From positions 1 through 64,000 of the IMG/VR virus record IMGVR_UViG_3300035208_003134: a stretch of DNA of 64,000 nt; one strand, written 5' to 3'. Of this stretch, positions 1 to 9,820 are shown in pieces. A program made the translations under genes and the position numbers. Below the pieces are notes generated by a model that was not told the origin of the DNA, did no database searches, and worked only from the letters and a program-made list of their open reading frames with translations. The DNA is from a virus. Lineage: Duplodnaviria > Caudoviricetes. Position 1 is the first letter of the stretch. Every line of letters begins with the position of its first letter.

Positions 1-145
1 GCGACAACATTGAATGGATGGACAAATATAAAAAAGAGCCAATGAAGTCAGAGATTGAGACTAATAAAATTGTCAATAGCAAGTACATTTATGGCACTTA
101 CCTTAAATACCCAAGCTTGACTGTTATGATGAGGAGAGGGTAGAG

Positions 146-469
146 ATGTTTAATGCTGAAGAGTGCTTAAATTTTAGGAAATTGTGTCAAGAGATTATCT
201 TCAGTCCAAGAATGATGGAGCGGCAGGAGCACAAGCGCGAGGGTAAGTACCTTTGGTGTGAGGATTGGGAGATTATTGAACTCATAAAGTACTTTTTTAA
301 TGGGAAGGACACCTATAATTTAGACCCGTTACCAAATAGGCTGAAGAACAACCCCTTATTTCCAGGCAGAGAGACAATAATAGCAAAAGGCGATGAGATG
401 ATTAAAGCCTTTGGAACGGCAGATAAGATTATAGACCAACTAAGGAGAAGAAGAAATGCCACCGCATAA
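146..469 (+). CDS. hypothetical protein
   Basis: 107-aa ORF with GGAG-type RBS; overlaps the next gene in an operon-like way. Confidence 0.55.
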   Translation: MFNAEECLNFRKLCQEIIFSPRMMERQEHKREGKYLWCEDWEIIELIKYFFNGKDTYNLDPLPNRLKNNPLFPGRETIIAKGDEMIKAFGTADKIIDQLRRRRNATA

Positions 470-1097
470 AGGAAGCCAAGAGACTTACGATTACATAGCA
501 AAGTGGGTTAGTCCGGAATTTTTTCATTCGGTTAATGACCGGTGGGATAGGATGGGGATGTTAGGCGCGTTTGGAGATTACGTATTATCCTGTACGCAGG
601 GTGACATAGTTGAGATAGGCTGTGGCGAAAGTTCAATTTACCTTTCGCATTTAGCAAAGAAATACAGCCGGAGAATTTACCACTGCGATATCGCGCCGGA
701 CAAGATACTGAACCCTCTGACAGTTGACGGCTATATGAACAAAGACCGTGGCATTTTTCATATGGGCTCGTCAGACAAGATGTTTGCAGAGTTTCCGCTA
801 AAAGGCATAGCTTTGGGCTTTATTGACGGCGACCACAATTATGCACAAGCAAAGAAGGATTTTGACAACCTAATGGCGGTCTTGGTTGACAACGGGTATG
901 TCCTTCTGCACGACACCTATCCGCCGAATGAGGAATACATAGACGAGAACCATTGCGGAGATGTTTATAAGCTTAGGCAGGAAATAGAGAAGGACAGCCG
1001 GTACGACTGCATAACCTTAACCCGTGGCACGGCTATGGGCGTAGGTTTGACCATAGTAAGGAAAAAGCCAAAGGAGTTAAAACCTTATAATGAGTAA
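456..1097 (+). CDS. class I SAM-dependent methyltransferase (Methyltransf_24/TylF-like)
   Basis: IVEIGCGESS SAM-binding motif, FIDGDHNY, LLHD motifs. Confidence 0.85.
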   Translation: MPPHKGSQETYDYIAKWVSPEFFHSVNDRWDRMGMLGAFGDYVLSCTQGDIVEIGCGESSIYLSHLAKKYSRRIYHCDIAPDKILNPLTVDGYMNKDRGIFHMGSSDKMFAEFPLKGIALGFIDGDHNYAQAKKDFDNLMAVLVDNGYVLLHDTYPPNEEYIDENHCGDVYKLRQEIEKDSRYDCITLTRGTAMGVGLTIVRKKPKELKPYNE

Positions 1098-2136
1098 AGA
1101 AAAGCTGTTAAATAAGTGGGCAGGTCTTGAAAAGTGGCACGAGAACTACGGCGACGGTATGGAGTACCGTGGCAAGGACGGCGCAAGTTGGTATGATTTA
1201 TCTATGAATGTAAATGCCATCCCGTGCGACGCCGACACCGCAGTCATAGTTACTGCGTGGTTTGGTCAACTCAAGTGGCTCAAGGCCGCATTAACGAGCT
1301 ACCGGAAGAGTGGGGCATTTGTTATATTAGCGTATGACAACCCATTCTATCCTTGGATACCACCGACCTATCAAGACATCTTGAGGTGCTTGCCAAATAT
1401 GGAGCACTTTGTACTTGCCAACTCTTTCGTGATGAAGCACATCACGGCTGATGCTAATAAACGCAACGGTTGGTTTTGGAATGTCCGGTACGCGCAGGGC
1501 ATAATTAAGGCTTTTCCGAACATTAAATATGTGTACCACACAAATGGCGACTGCGTGTGGGATAAGCCCGAAGGTTTAAAGGACTTAATCGCCTGCCTTG
1601 GCGACCACGATGTTATGGCAGGGCAGACCTCCGGTGATGTGCTACATACTGCGGATGTAATTTGGAAAAAAGAGGCTTTTAACAAAGTCGTGGATTATAT
1701 GTATGACATAATGCGAACTCCAATTATTGGCTCGCACAGTCCGGAAGTTATGCTTAAGGAAGCAGTCGGGGCTTGTAACCTTCTCGTCTTGACAGCGCCC
1801 AAGCAGCCTCTTGACCCTAACGACGGCTCGGTTGATATGTACGCGCGCTACGGGCAGGACTCAACTTTTAAGGACTTAGTTGGGTTTAGGAATGCGTTTG
1901 CCGAATATGAGACTATGGGTAATGAAGGCAAGGAAATGATGTTCTTGAAGCCCTATGTTGATAATTATTTGGATTGCATTTATTGGGGCGGTGAGGAGAG
2001 GGAAACGATTTGTAAGTATTGGGAAACAGGTGACCGGCGTTACCTTTATAAATTCTGGGACCAATGGGAAGACAGCGATTATAACCGGCTTTATTACCCG
2101 TTAGAATTTTACGGCAAAGAGCCAATTTTAGACTAA
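1090..2136 (+). CDS. putative GT-A-fold glycosyltransferase-like protein
   Basis: AVIVTAW..LKAALTSY..VILAYDN N-terminal Rossmann-like pattern; YVYHTNGDC at the DxD-equivalent position; paralogous to the next ORF. Confidence 0.5.
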   Translation: MSKEKLLNKWAGLEKWHENYGDGMEYRGKDGASWYDLSMNVNAIPCDADTAVIVTAWFGQLKWLKAALTSYRKSGAFVILAYDNPFYPWIPPTYQDILRCLPNMEHFVLANSFVMKHITADANKRNGWFWNVRYAQGIIKAFPNIKYVYHTNGDCVWDKPEGLKDLIACLGDHDVMAGQTSGDVLHTADVIWKKEAFNKVVDYMYDIMRTPIIGSHSPEVMLKEAVGACNLLVLTAPKQPLDPNDGSVDMYARYGQDSTFKDLVGFRNAFAEYETMGNEGKEMMFLKPYVDNYLDCIYWGGEERETICKYWETGDRRYLYKFWDQWEDSDYNRLYYPLEFYGKEPILD

Positions 2137-2153
2137 GAAAGGAAGATAAGACA

Positions 2154-3098
2154 ATGGGAGTTACAAGGGAAGATTTAATCCGTAACGGTAGGTACTTAGA
2201 AATGAGCGATGCTGAATGGGAAATTGAGCTTGCAGCTCGCAAAAATGTCATTGAGTGCTATATGAAAAATGACGAGTGGGGTGTAAAGATAAAGAAAAAC
2301 GTCTTAATACTCTTGATTTCACATAACTCCGGCAGGTGTTATTTGACCGGCTCGGTGAATAGCCATAAGCAACTTGGTTATTGGTTGGCAGTCTGCTATG
2401 ATAACTTTATCAACCCAGTTGAGGACGCAGTAGATTACAATGCCCAAATGCCACCTAAAGATGTAATGGATAAGATAGACACTTTTATGATGGGGCACTA
2501 CCAAACTTGGGGCGGAGTAAGTTACCCGTTTATGTGGAGCTTGAAGATTGCGTCCGGATTTGCCCAAAACTTTGAGTACGTGTACTGTGTAAATGGCGAC
2601 TGTATTATTGAAAAGCCGGAAGGCTTTCCAGAAATGCTTAAGACCCTCGGAGACGCAGACATTATGAGCTCCGGACCAGCTCTGGAGCGCGAGATTGGTA
2701 CAGCAGGCTTACTTATGAAATCTTCTGCTTTTGCTAAAATAGCCAAGCATATGATTGACCACGTAGTTCCTTTTGAGGAATATGAGAAGTCAACTCAAGA
2801 CTTTGGCAATACAGAAGGGCGACTTGCAGTGGCAGTAAGGGATTTGGGCTTAAAGCAAGTTATAGTTGAGCCACCGTACAATGAGCAATTTCATAAGCCA
2901 GGAATTGGCTTTTGGGCTAAGACTATCGGATTTCGGCATATTCACGGCGAGCATAACTACGCCTACAGGTACAAAGGAATTCCACCCGAACCCAAATACC
3001 TTGACCCAAGGTTTATGGGTGACGAGTTTAATCAAATCAAAGCCTATTGGGAGACCAAGGATATGAAAATCCTTGAAAATTGGTGGGCTAAGGATTAA
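2154..3098 (+). CDS. putative GT-A-fold glycosyltransferase-like protein (paralog of 1090..2136)
   Basis: Shares YDN, YVYxxNGDCxx(D/E)KPEG, LGDxDxM, (L/I)(V/I)GFR and YWET motifs with the upstream ORF. Confidence 0.5.
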   Translation: MGVTREDLIRNGRYLEMSDAEWEIELAARKNVIECYMKNDEWGVKIKKNVLILLISHNSGRCYLTGSVNSHKQLGYWLAVCYDNFINPVEDAVDYNAQMPPKDVMDKIDTFMMGHYQTWGGVSYPFMWSLKIASGFAQNFEYVYCVNGDCIIEKPEGFPEMLKTLGDADIMSSGPALEREIGTAGLLMKSSAFAKIAKHMIDHVVPFEEYEKSTQDFGNTEGRLAVAVRDLGLKQVIVEPPYNEQFHKPGIGFWAKTIGFRHIHGEHNYAYRYKGIPPEPKYLDPRFMGDEFNQIKAYWETKDMKILENWWAKD

Positions 3099-3111
3099 TG
3101 AGGAGATACCT

Positions 3112-3894
3112 ATGAACTATTATTGTAGTTGGGATGATGTTAAGGCTTGCCTCTTAGGTTTGGATGTTGCTGACATTCCAACCACCCTGCAAACCAGAAT
3201 AGAACAGACTTATATTCCGGCTCTCAAGAACGAAATAGATACTTATGTCCTGCAGAACCTTGATTTGACTACGATTACGGAATTCTATGACGGCTCCGGG
3301 ACCGACAAAATTATCTTAAAGAAGCGTCCGGTCAATCAGCTAACCAACTGCATCTTGCGCGTTATTCCATCCATTTCGTGGTACACCTTCGCGCGTTGGC
3401 GCCATATCAATGTTGTAGATAGTCAGGGAATTACGGTTGCTGTCCAAGGTGGTCCAGAGCCATACACTGGAAAAACTCCGCCTTATAGTCCAGGAGACTA
3501 CGTTTGGGAAACAGACATCACCAAAGCAGACCTCTTTGTGGATTGTGTAAACGGGTTTTTGACCATTCCACCGAGGATACTTTATTTGGAGATGCAGGCT
3601 ATTCCTTTTTGGAATTATACTTGGCTTAAGGGAAATGCCAACATTGAAGTTACTTACACCTATGGCTATGCAAGCGATAATTTCCCATTGGATTTAAGAA
3701 TGGCAGCTGCGAAGCTTGTGGCCGCTCAACTCTTATTGATAAAGGGGATTGGGATGAGCGCTGGGGCAAATTCTATAACCATAGATGGGGTGGCTCGTAA
3801 CTTTGGTGGTACGCCTTATGCAGCTCTGATTAAAGATTTCAGAGACCAAGCATACCAGACCTTAGACCACTTCAGGAGACTTGGAGTAGGGTAA
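3112..3894 (+). CDS. head-tail connector/adaptor protein
   Basis: Y(C)SxxDVK start, EFYDGSG, NIEVTYTYGY..PxDLRMA pattern typical of gp15/gp6-like adaptors; start moved to the ATG after GAGGAG. Confidence 0.7.
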   Translation: MNYYCSWDDVKACLLGLDVADIPTTLQTRIEQTYIPALKNEIDTYVLQNLDLTTITEFYDGSGTDKIILKKRPVNQLTNCILRVIPSISWYTFARWRHINVVDSQGITVAVQGGPEPYTGKTPPYSPGDYVWETDITKADLFVDCVNGFLTIPPRILYLEMQAIPFWNYTWLKGNANIEVTYTYGYASDNFPLDLRMAAAKLVAAQLLLIKGIGMSAGANSITIDGVARNFGGTPYAALIKDFRDQAYQTLDHFRRLGVG

Positions 3895-3905
3895 AGGAGA
3901 TAAAA

Positions 3906-4511
3906 ATGACTGACAGCGGATTAGTTACAGTATTAAAAGACAGGCTGAACAAATTCACCTACGACATAGTGGATGAAGACCTTGCGGCCGAAAACGATAC
4001 TTATAAGCAGTACAACTCGGTAAATACAAATTGGGTAAGCTCTCCGCCACCGAGTGTTAGGGCTATAACCATAGCCGGTGTAGAGACAGTTATTTTGCCT
4101 GCTACCTATGCAGTTAACCAAGTTAGTGGGTACATAACCTTAAATGTGGCGCGAGCTGCGACCGACGTGGTAAGAGCCGATTATTCATTTTTTCCATTTA
4201 CCGATGCTCAACTTCTGGACATAGTTGACGCAGCAATAGCCCAGGTCCAGGTTTTGATTGGCAAGACGGTGAGCCCTTCAGACATTCCGGCTAATTATCA
4301 GGAAGCCGTGCTCAAGAAGGCGTACGTCCTTGCGCTCCGTGAAATGCAGTTCCCAACGATAAAGTATTTTACCATCAGTGTCGGGGGCGAGACAATGGGC
4401 AAGGAAAACCAAGTTACGATGATTAATGCTATGATTGAGAGCATAGAGAAAGAGCTCTTGCCGGAGATTAATGCACTGAGGCTGTTTGACAGAACCAACG
4501 TGCTAACTTAA
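3906..4511 (+). CDS. putative head-tail joining/virion protein
   Basis: Position in the structural operon; FTDAQL motif; strong RBS. Confidence 0.5.
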   Translation: MTDSGLVTVLKDRLNKFTYDIVDEDLAAENDTYKQYNSVNTNWVSSPPPSVRAITIAGVETVILPATYAVNQVSGYITLNVARAATDVVRADYSFFPFTDAQLLDIVDAAIAQVQVLIGKTVSPSDIPANYQEAVLKKAYVLALREMQFPTIKYFTISVGGETMGKENQVTMINAMIESIEKELLPEINALRLFDRTNVLT

Positions 4512-4513
4512 AA

Positions 4514-4906
4514 ATGTTTAAAAAAACTGATAAAGGGGTAATTAGGGAATACGTAAAGGAAAGGCACGCCGTTGCTGAACAGCCGGTCACTTTGAAGCTT
4601 TATACCGGCACGGTAGCCGGAGACCCAACACAGGGAATTGCTAAGACCTTTACTTATAATTATGTGAAGGGCTTTGCAGTTATAGCCGCCGTACAGCAGG
4701 TAGATGTGGTTTATTCCGGCGGTATTTACCAGCTGGGTGACATCAAGGTTCAGTTAATGCGCGAGCTTGCGCCGGTTGATGATAAGGCTCAAACTCCAGG
4801 AGACCGATTGGTCTGGAAGGGGCACGAGTACCGACAAGTTGGAAACTTAGCCCCATTCTATTTGGAGAGTTATGTCTTTTATAACTATGTGTTCAGGAGA
4901 ATTTAA
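4514..4906 (+). CDS. putative head closure (stopper) protein
   Basis: 130 aa, beta-rich, GDRLVWKGHEY motif; synteny. Confidence 0.6.
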   Translation: MFKKTDKGVIREYVKERHAVAEQPVTLKLYTGTVAGDPTQGIAKTFTYNYVKGFAVIAAVQQVDVVYSGGIYQLGDIKVQLMRELAPVDDKAQTPGDRLVWKGHEYRQVGNLAPFYLESYVFYNYVFRRI

Positions 4907-5457
4907 TGCCAGCGCCTTATGTTTATACGGGCGGAGACAAGAACTTCAGCCTGACTATAACTATACAAGACCCCAAAAAGTGGGATATGTGGGAAAATGT
5001 AAGCTCCATTTTTATGGACAACTTCAAGGTCTTGTTCAAGTATGCGGTATTTGATGCAAACAAATATCTGATAAGGGCAACCCCAATGTTGAGCGGCCGG
5101 TTGCGTGGGGGTTGGACAAAGTTCTTAGACAAGTATAATATTGATTACTCGGCGGCGTTTTTGGATACGACCTTAGTTACGGCGCACAACCAGACGCCAA
5201 GCCAAGAAGCAATATCAGAAGGGCAGTCTCAGAGCTCTTTTATTGATACAGATTTTATGGTTTCACTAATCAACGCCGTGGCTTACGCAGATTACGTTGA
5301 GAGTGGGACTTCAAGGATGGAAGGACAGCATTTCACCTTGAGGTCTATGTACAAGGGTGAGTTGATTATTAAGAAGTACATAGAAGAGTGGGTTAAGGAA
5401 TGTTCTGAACGGGGCGAAATCGTTGAGCCCAAGCAAATGGAGGAGGTTCAAGCATAA
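4906..5457 (+). CDS. HK97 gp10-like tail completion/neck protein
   Basis: TPMLSGRLRGGW and NAVAYADYVESGTSRM motifs. Confidence 0.75.
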   Translation: MPAPYVYTGGDKNFSLTITIQDPKKWDMWENVSSIFMDNFKVLFKYAVFDANKYLIRATPMLSGRLRGGWTKFLDKYNIDYSAAFLDTTLVTAHNQTPSQEAISEGQSQSSFIDTDFMVSLINAVAYADYVESGTSRMEGQHFTLRSMYKGELIIKKYIEEWVKECSERGEIVEPKQMEEVQA

Positions 5458-6059
5458 TGGCACTTCCTGCTGATTTTAAGTGGAACTCCGGAAAAGGCGC
5501 GCTGATGGGAAGTCTTGCAGAGTACCTGCAGACCAACATTCCGGACGAAAATTTTGAATTTGACTGCCCCATACTTCCCCAGAAACTTCCTGGGTATGGC
5601 GTTACGGAGAAGGGCTTATATAACTTAGGGACTTATGCGTTTGACCAGTTCTTGGGGTACAAGGATGGTCAACCTTTATACGGAAGAAAAGACCAAACCT
5701 TAGTTGAGATATCGGCTTGGGATGACGAGACACAACATCCAGGTGCGGTAGGCAAAATAAGGCAGATGAGAGATAAGATAGTGTATCTCTTACTTAATGC
5801 AGGCAGAGTGAATGATGACGGCGTGACGGTTCAGCCGCCCATCCTTCTATACGATTACTCTGTTACTCCTAAGAAAGAAATAGGATATATAGAGTTAGAC
5901 CCTGCCGATAATTCTATAAATGAAAAGCAGGTGATAGACCCAATCAACTCTAACATCAAGTCTTACAAGCTCTTGATTAGGTTGTATTGGTACGAGTACA
6001 TTGGGTACTCATCAAGCAGTTCGTGTAGGAGTAGTTCAAGCAGTAGCAGTTCAACATAA
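5457..6059 (+). CDS. putative tail terminator protein with C-terminal Ser tag
   Basis: Sits between the neck and tube genes; ends YSSSSSCRSSSSSSSST. Confidence 0.55.
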   Translation: MALPADFKWNSGKGALMGSLAEYLQTNIPDENFEFDCPILPQKLPGYGVTEKGLYNLGTYAFDQFLGYKDGQPLYGRKDQTLVEISAWDDETQHPGAVGKIRQMRDKIVYLLLNAGRVNDDGVTVQPPILLYDYSVTPKKEIGYIELDPADNSINEKQVIDPINSNIKSYKLLIRLYWYEYIGYSSSSSCRSSSSSSSST

Positions 6060-6085
6060 ACTAAGACAAAATAGGAGGTGAAAAA

Positions 6086-6922
6086 GTGGAAACAATTCAA
6101 GGTCTAAGGACTAAAGTAGTATTAGTTAGCTTTAGTCACGGTTCAGTAAGGGTCGGATTACAGCAGACGCTGAACATCACCCCCAGATTTACTGAAAGGA
6201 CAATTTCCGAGTTTGACAACTTGGAACCGGCGCTCATAGTCACAACCTATGAAGCCACGGATGTCACCTTTGAGTATCTGGATAGTGACAGTAAGCTCGT
6301 GGATGCGGCCGTGAACGACCAAGACCCTGGAGCGGATGTAGTTGTGGATGACCCGTCAGCCTATCAGCCGCTGACATTGTTTGCGAATAGTAAGTCTCTT
6401 ACCTCTGGTAAGATATTCGCTTCAGTGTTGGTTAGCGGATGTATGGTTAAAGGTGCACCACAGACCGAGCCAGTGAAGGAAGAGTTGAGGGTTACAAGAG
6501 ACCTTACGGGGTTGAATGTCCTGAAGCTCAAGGGCGCAGGGATTTACTATCAGAGGATGTTACCGGAGACTCCGGACGCTGATACTTTCCTGCAGACAGT
6601 ACCGCCGAATGCATACGCTGATTTGAATTTTTCAGCCGGTGCAGACCACTATGTGAACAATGTCAAGGACGCATTGTCGGTGAACGGCTCATATGCCCTG
6701 TTAGTCCTGAAGAACGGAGTAGCTGTAACGACTGGATATGTAATGAACAAGTATTACTTCCACGTTACAGACCCACTCGTATCTACTGATGTGTGGGAAG
6801 TTTTCTACGCATTTGACGATACGGTGACTCCTCCGAGTACATCGTCAAGCTCGTCTTGCAGAAGCTCTTCAAGCTCAAGCAAGAGTAGCTCAAGTTCGTC
6901 AAGCTCCTCGCATTCAGCGTAA
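6086..6922 (+). CDS. major tail tube protein with Ser-rich C-terminus
   Basis: Strong AGGAGGTG RBS, position before chaperone and tape measure, followed by a GC hairpin; ends in about 28 aa of Ser-rich sequence. Confidence 0.65.
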   Translation: METIQGLRTKVVLVSFSHGSVRVGLQQTLNITPRFTERTISEFDNLEPALIVTTYEATDVTFEYLDSDSKLVDAAVNDQDPGADVVVDDPSAYQPLTLFANSKSLTSGKIFASVLVSGCMVKGAPQTEPVKEELRVTRDLTGLNVLKLKGAGIYYQRMLPETPDADTFLQTVPPNAYADLNFSAGADHYVNNVKDALSVNGSYALLVLKNGVAVTTGYVMNKYYFHVTDPLVSTDVWEVFYAFDDTVTPPSTSSSSSCRSSSSSSKSSSSSSSSSHSA

Positions 6923-6951
6923 GCTGACAGTTAGCGAGTAGTATAAAGTGG

Positions 6952-6978
6952 GGCAGGGCGACGCAATGTCGCCCTGCC
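6952..6978 (+). terminator. hairpin (terminator/attenuator) after the tail tube gene
   Basis: GGCAGGGCGAC-gcaat-GTCGCCCTGCC perfect 11-bp stem; only a short U tract, so probably leaky. Confidence 0.7.
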
Positions 6979-6999
6979 TTAATAAAAGGAGAGAAGAAA

Positions 7000-7521
7000 A
7001 TGGCTGAAGAGAAGGCAACACAGGCAATGAGCAAGTTGAAAAAGGACAGGGTTGACATAGATATTAACCCTAAAAGGTTTCTTCTGGAATTTACCCAGGG
7101 GGAGCTTAAGAGGTTAGAGGAACAGCCGGTAGAGGGTTTGTCGGATTTAGACAAGGAAGCCCTTGAAGCTGTAAAGAAGTCTCATAGGGCAAACGTGGAG
7201 GAGTATTCCAAGGCGCAACTTAAGGCTATTATGGTCCCACTGAAGTACCGCGACTTGCAGACTGTTAAAAATGGAATTTTTGAGGCTATACAGGCTGCAA
7301 AGAAATACAACTGGGATGATGATGTCAAAATTAGGGCTATGATGAGAGAGGAGCACACCCTAACGGTGTACCTTTCCCTAAGGAAAAAAGGGGACATCAG
7401 TAAGCTCTATTATGACAACCTTGAGGATATTTGCGCGGAGAATGATGCTGCGATAGATGAGTTGTACCAAACTTATTTGGACAACTTTGTTCTTACGGAG
7501 GCTGAAAGAAAAAACTCTTAG
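7000..7521 (+). CDS. tail assembly chaperone (gpG-like)
   Basis: Between tube and tape measure genes; ends in the slippery sequence A-AAA-AAC. Confidence 0.75.
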   Translation: MAEEKATQAMSKLKKDRVDIDINPKRFLLEFTQGELKRLEEQPVEGLSDLDKEALEAVKKSHRANVEEYSKAQLKAIMVPLKYRDLQTVKNGIFEAIQAAKKYNWDDDVKIRAMMREEHTLTVYLSLRKKGDISKLYYDNLEDICAENDAAIDELYQTYLDNFVLTEAERKNS

Positions 7522-7736
7522 AGAGCAATTTACTTAAAAGCCATCAAGTTATTGCTCTCCATTTCGGCTACAAGTTATTTGAAGCCGACTCAATAGATGG
7601 CTTGACTGTTGAGCAGTATAATATTTCAATTGAGCTCTTCAATAGGCAAGCTGAAGAAGCTGAGAAGGGTAAAAAAGTGGGCAAGAATACTATGAGCATA
7701 GTGTCTGTTGATGAACCTGAAACCGGAGATAATTAA
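7509..7736 (+). CDS. -1 frameshift extension of the tail chaperone (gpGT-like)
   Basis: Slippery A AAA AAC at 7509-7515; the -1 frame is open for 73 codons to TAA 7734-7736, which overlaps the tape measure ATG; hairpin at 7521-7559. Confidence 0.8.
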   Translation, partial: KKLLESNLLKSHQVIALHFGYKLFEADSIDGLTVEQYNISIELFNRQAEEAEKGKKVGKNTMSIVSVDEPETGDN

Positions 7737-9820
7737 TGGCTTCTAACTTAATTATTACATTTCAGACCAAAGCTGATGCCACTGGTGCAAATCAGATAGG
7801 CAAGGGTATGGAAGATATGAAGAGGCGAATGCAGGAGACTGCATCCGCAACTGATGATGTAGCTAAGTCATTCTCCACCCTAAAGAATATTATCGTTGGC
7901 ACTGTACTTGCCCTGCCCTTGACCGGTTTTATAAAGGAAGCTATTGCAAGTGAGGAAGTTACTGCAAGGTTTGGCATACAGCTCAAGACCTTGGGTCAAA
8001 ATATAAATACACTTGACATAGAAGGCATTACTCAAAGGCTACACCAATTTGGTATCACCCAAACTGAAGTGATTGAAGCCTTTAGCCGTGGTCTTCCCTA
8101 CTTTAAGAACACCGAGAATGAGCTTAAGTACTTAAATACCGCAATCGGTATGACGAGGTACTCCGGAGTTGAGCTTTCCACTGCTTTCCAACAGCTTGGT
8201 TATATAATGCAGTATGGCAACGCTCGCGTAGCCAGACAATACGGCGTTGCTATGCACTCGGAAATAAGAGAGCCTACACAGAGGGCTGCAGCAGTTATGG
8301 CTGATTTGCAGAAGGCTATGGAGCCTTTGGCTACTACGACCGGCACGACTGCTGAGAGCTTGAAGGCTATGGCTGCAATTATTAAAGATACTGGGGAGAA
8401 AATCGGAGCCGAATTCTTAAGACCTATTGCGGCTATGGCAGAAGCTTTTAATAAACTATCACCGGAAATGCAGACTATGATTATCAGAACTGTCTTATTC
8501 ACCACTGCCGTTGGCGGCTTGGCTTTAGCTTTCAGTGCTTTGGGTAAGGCTATGGCAGGAAGCGCTATACTTAGTTCGTTGTCGGGCTTGCAGGGCATAT
8601 TCGCTCTCCCCTTTGTTTCTAATATAGGAAAACTACAAATGGCTATACAGGGCTTAGCCGGAGCTTTTGGCGGCCTAATAATTGGTGGTGCAACCATCGG
8701 GGCTATACTTGCTATACAGGATGCCGCTGCTAAGGTCAAGGACTCCTTTGCAAATGCAGAAAAGGCTGAGGCCGCATACTTCAGTACTGTTATGAATGCT
8801 ATGCACGCCAGAGCCTCTGACGCAACTACGGCTATTGGTAATGAGGAAAAATTTACTGATAAAGTTAAAGAGACTGAAAAGGTTTATAAGAACCTTTTGA
8901 CTCAACAGGCTTTATTCCGTATGCACGGGGAAGCCGGTAAGGCTGGAGAAGAGCAGGCGGCCAAGCAGGCTGCTCAAGTGAAGGCTCTCCTTGATAGCCA
9001 ACAGAAAGAAGCTGCTGAGATGGCTAAACATAACATCTCAACCTTGGAAGATTATAAGAAATTTCAATATAAGATGGCTGAATTGAGAGTCCAATCTATC
9101 AAGGGCAGTAGTGAAAGAGAGCTTGCTGAGTTCAGGTTGAAGTGGCAAAAAGAGCGCGACGAAATGCTCAAGGCTTATGGCGACCAAATGGATGTCCGGC
9201 TTGCTCTTACTAAAGCTGAGGCTGCGCAAGAAATTGATGTCCGGAAAAAGCAGCTTGATAAAGAGCTTGAGTATGCCTCAATGACTAATGAGGAGCGCAA
9301 GAAATACGACCAAGATTATCAAAACGCCAAAAGCCAGTTGGCAGGTATGAGCTTTGAGGGCTTTAAGACTGCTGACGATAGCTTGAAAGAGTTAGTCAAG
9401 ACTTCTGGAGGCGCGAAAGCCTTAGACGAGCAGAAGACCGCTTGGGCTGAACAACAAGTTCAGATAGCCCAAACCAAAAAAGAATTAGAATTGTACGGTG
9501 CTACTGCGGCTGACATAGCTCAACTCTACCAAAAGAATAAAGATAAAGGTATAGAGTGGTTGAAGAGGGAAGAGCAGGCTATTAAGGACAAAAAGCGCGC
9601 AGAACTTGAGGAAGCCGAGACTGGGGTCAAGTCTTTGAAGTCTTTTACTTCTGAGGAGAAGACCATAAGTGCTAAAGCCGAAATGAACATAAACACCACG
9701 GTTAATATAACCCCCAATTTGAGTGAGATAGGTAAAGCGGCCGGAGATGCAGTTGCAGCTGCCGTAAATAATAACACCAAACAGATTGAGGACGCCGTAA
9801 AACAGAGGTTACAGGGATGA
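7736..9820 (+). CDS. tape measure protein
   Basis: 694 aa, Ala/Gly-rich helical sequence with a hydrophobic centre and coiled-coil C-terminus; follows the chaperone. Confidence 0.85.
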   Translation: MASNLIITFQTKADATGANQIGKGMEDMKRRMQETASATDDVAKSFSTLKNIIVGTVLALPLTGFIKEAIASEEVTARFGIQLKTLGQNINTLDIEGITQRLHQFGITQTEVIEAFSRGLPYFKNTENELKYLNTAIGMTRYSGVELSTAFQQLGYIMQYGNARVARQYGVAMHSEIREPTQRAAAVMADLQKAMEPLATTTGTTAESLKAMAAIIKDTGEKIGAEFLRPIAAMAEAFNKLSPEMQTMIIRTVLFTTAVGGLALAFSALGKAMAGSAILSSLSGLQGIFALPFVSNIGKLQMAIQGLAGAFGGLIIGGATIGAILAIQDAAAKVKDSFANAEKAEAAYFSTVMNAMHARASDATTAIGNEEKFTDKVKETEKVYKNLLTQQALFRMHGEAGKAGEEQAAKQAAQVKALLDSQQKEAAEMAKHNISTLEDYKKFQYKMAELRVQSIKGSSERELAEFRLKWQKERDEMLKAYGDQMDVRLALTKAEAAQEIDVRKKQLDKELEYASMTNEERKKYDQDYQNAKSQLAGMSFEGFKTADDSLKELVKTSGGAKALDEQKTAWAEQQVQIAQTKKELELYGATAADIAQLYQKNKDKGIEWLKREEQAIKDKKRAELEEAETGVKSLKSFTSEEKTISAKAEMNINTTVNITPNLSEIGKAAGDAVAAAVNNNTKQIEDAVKQRLQG

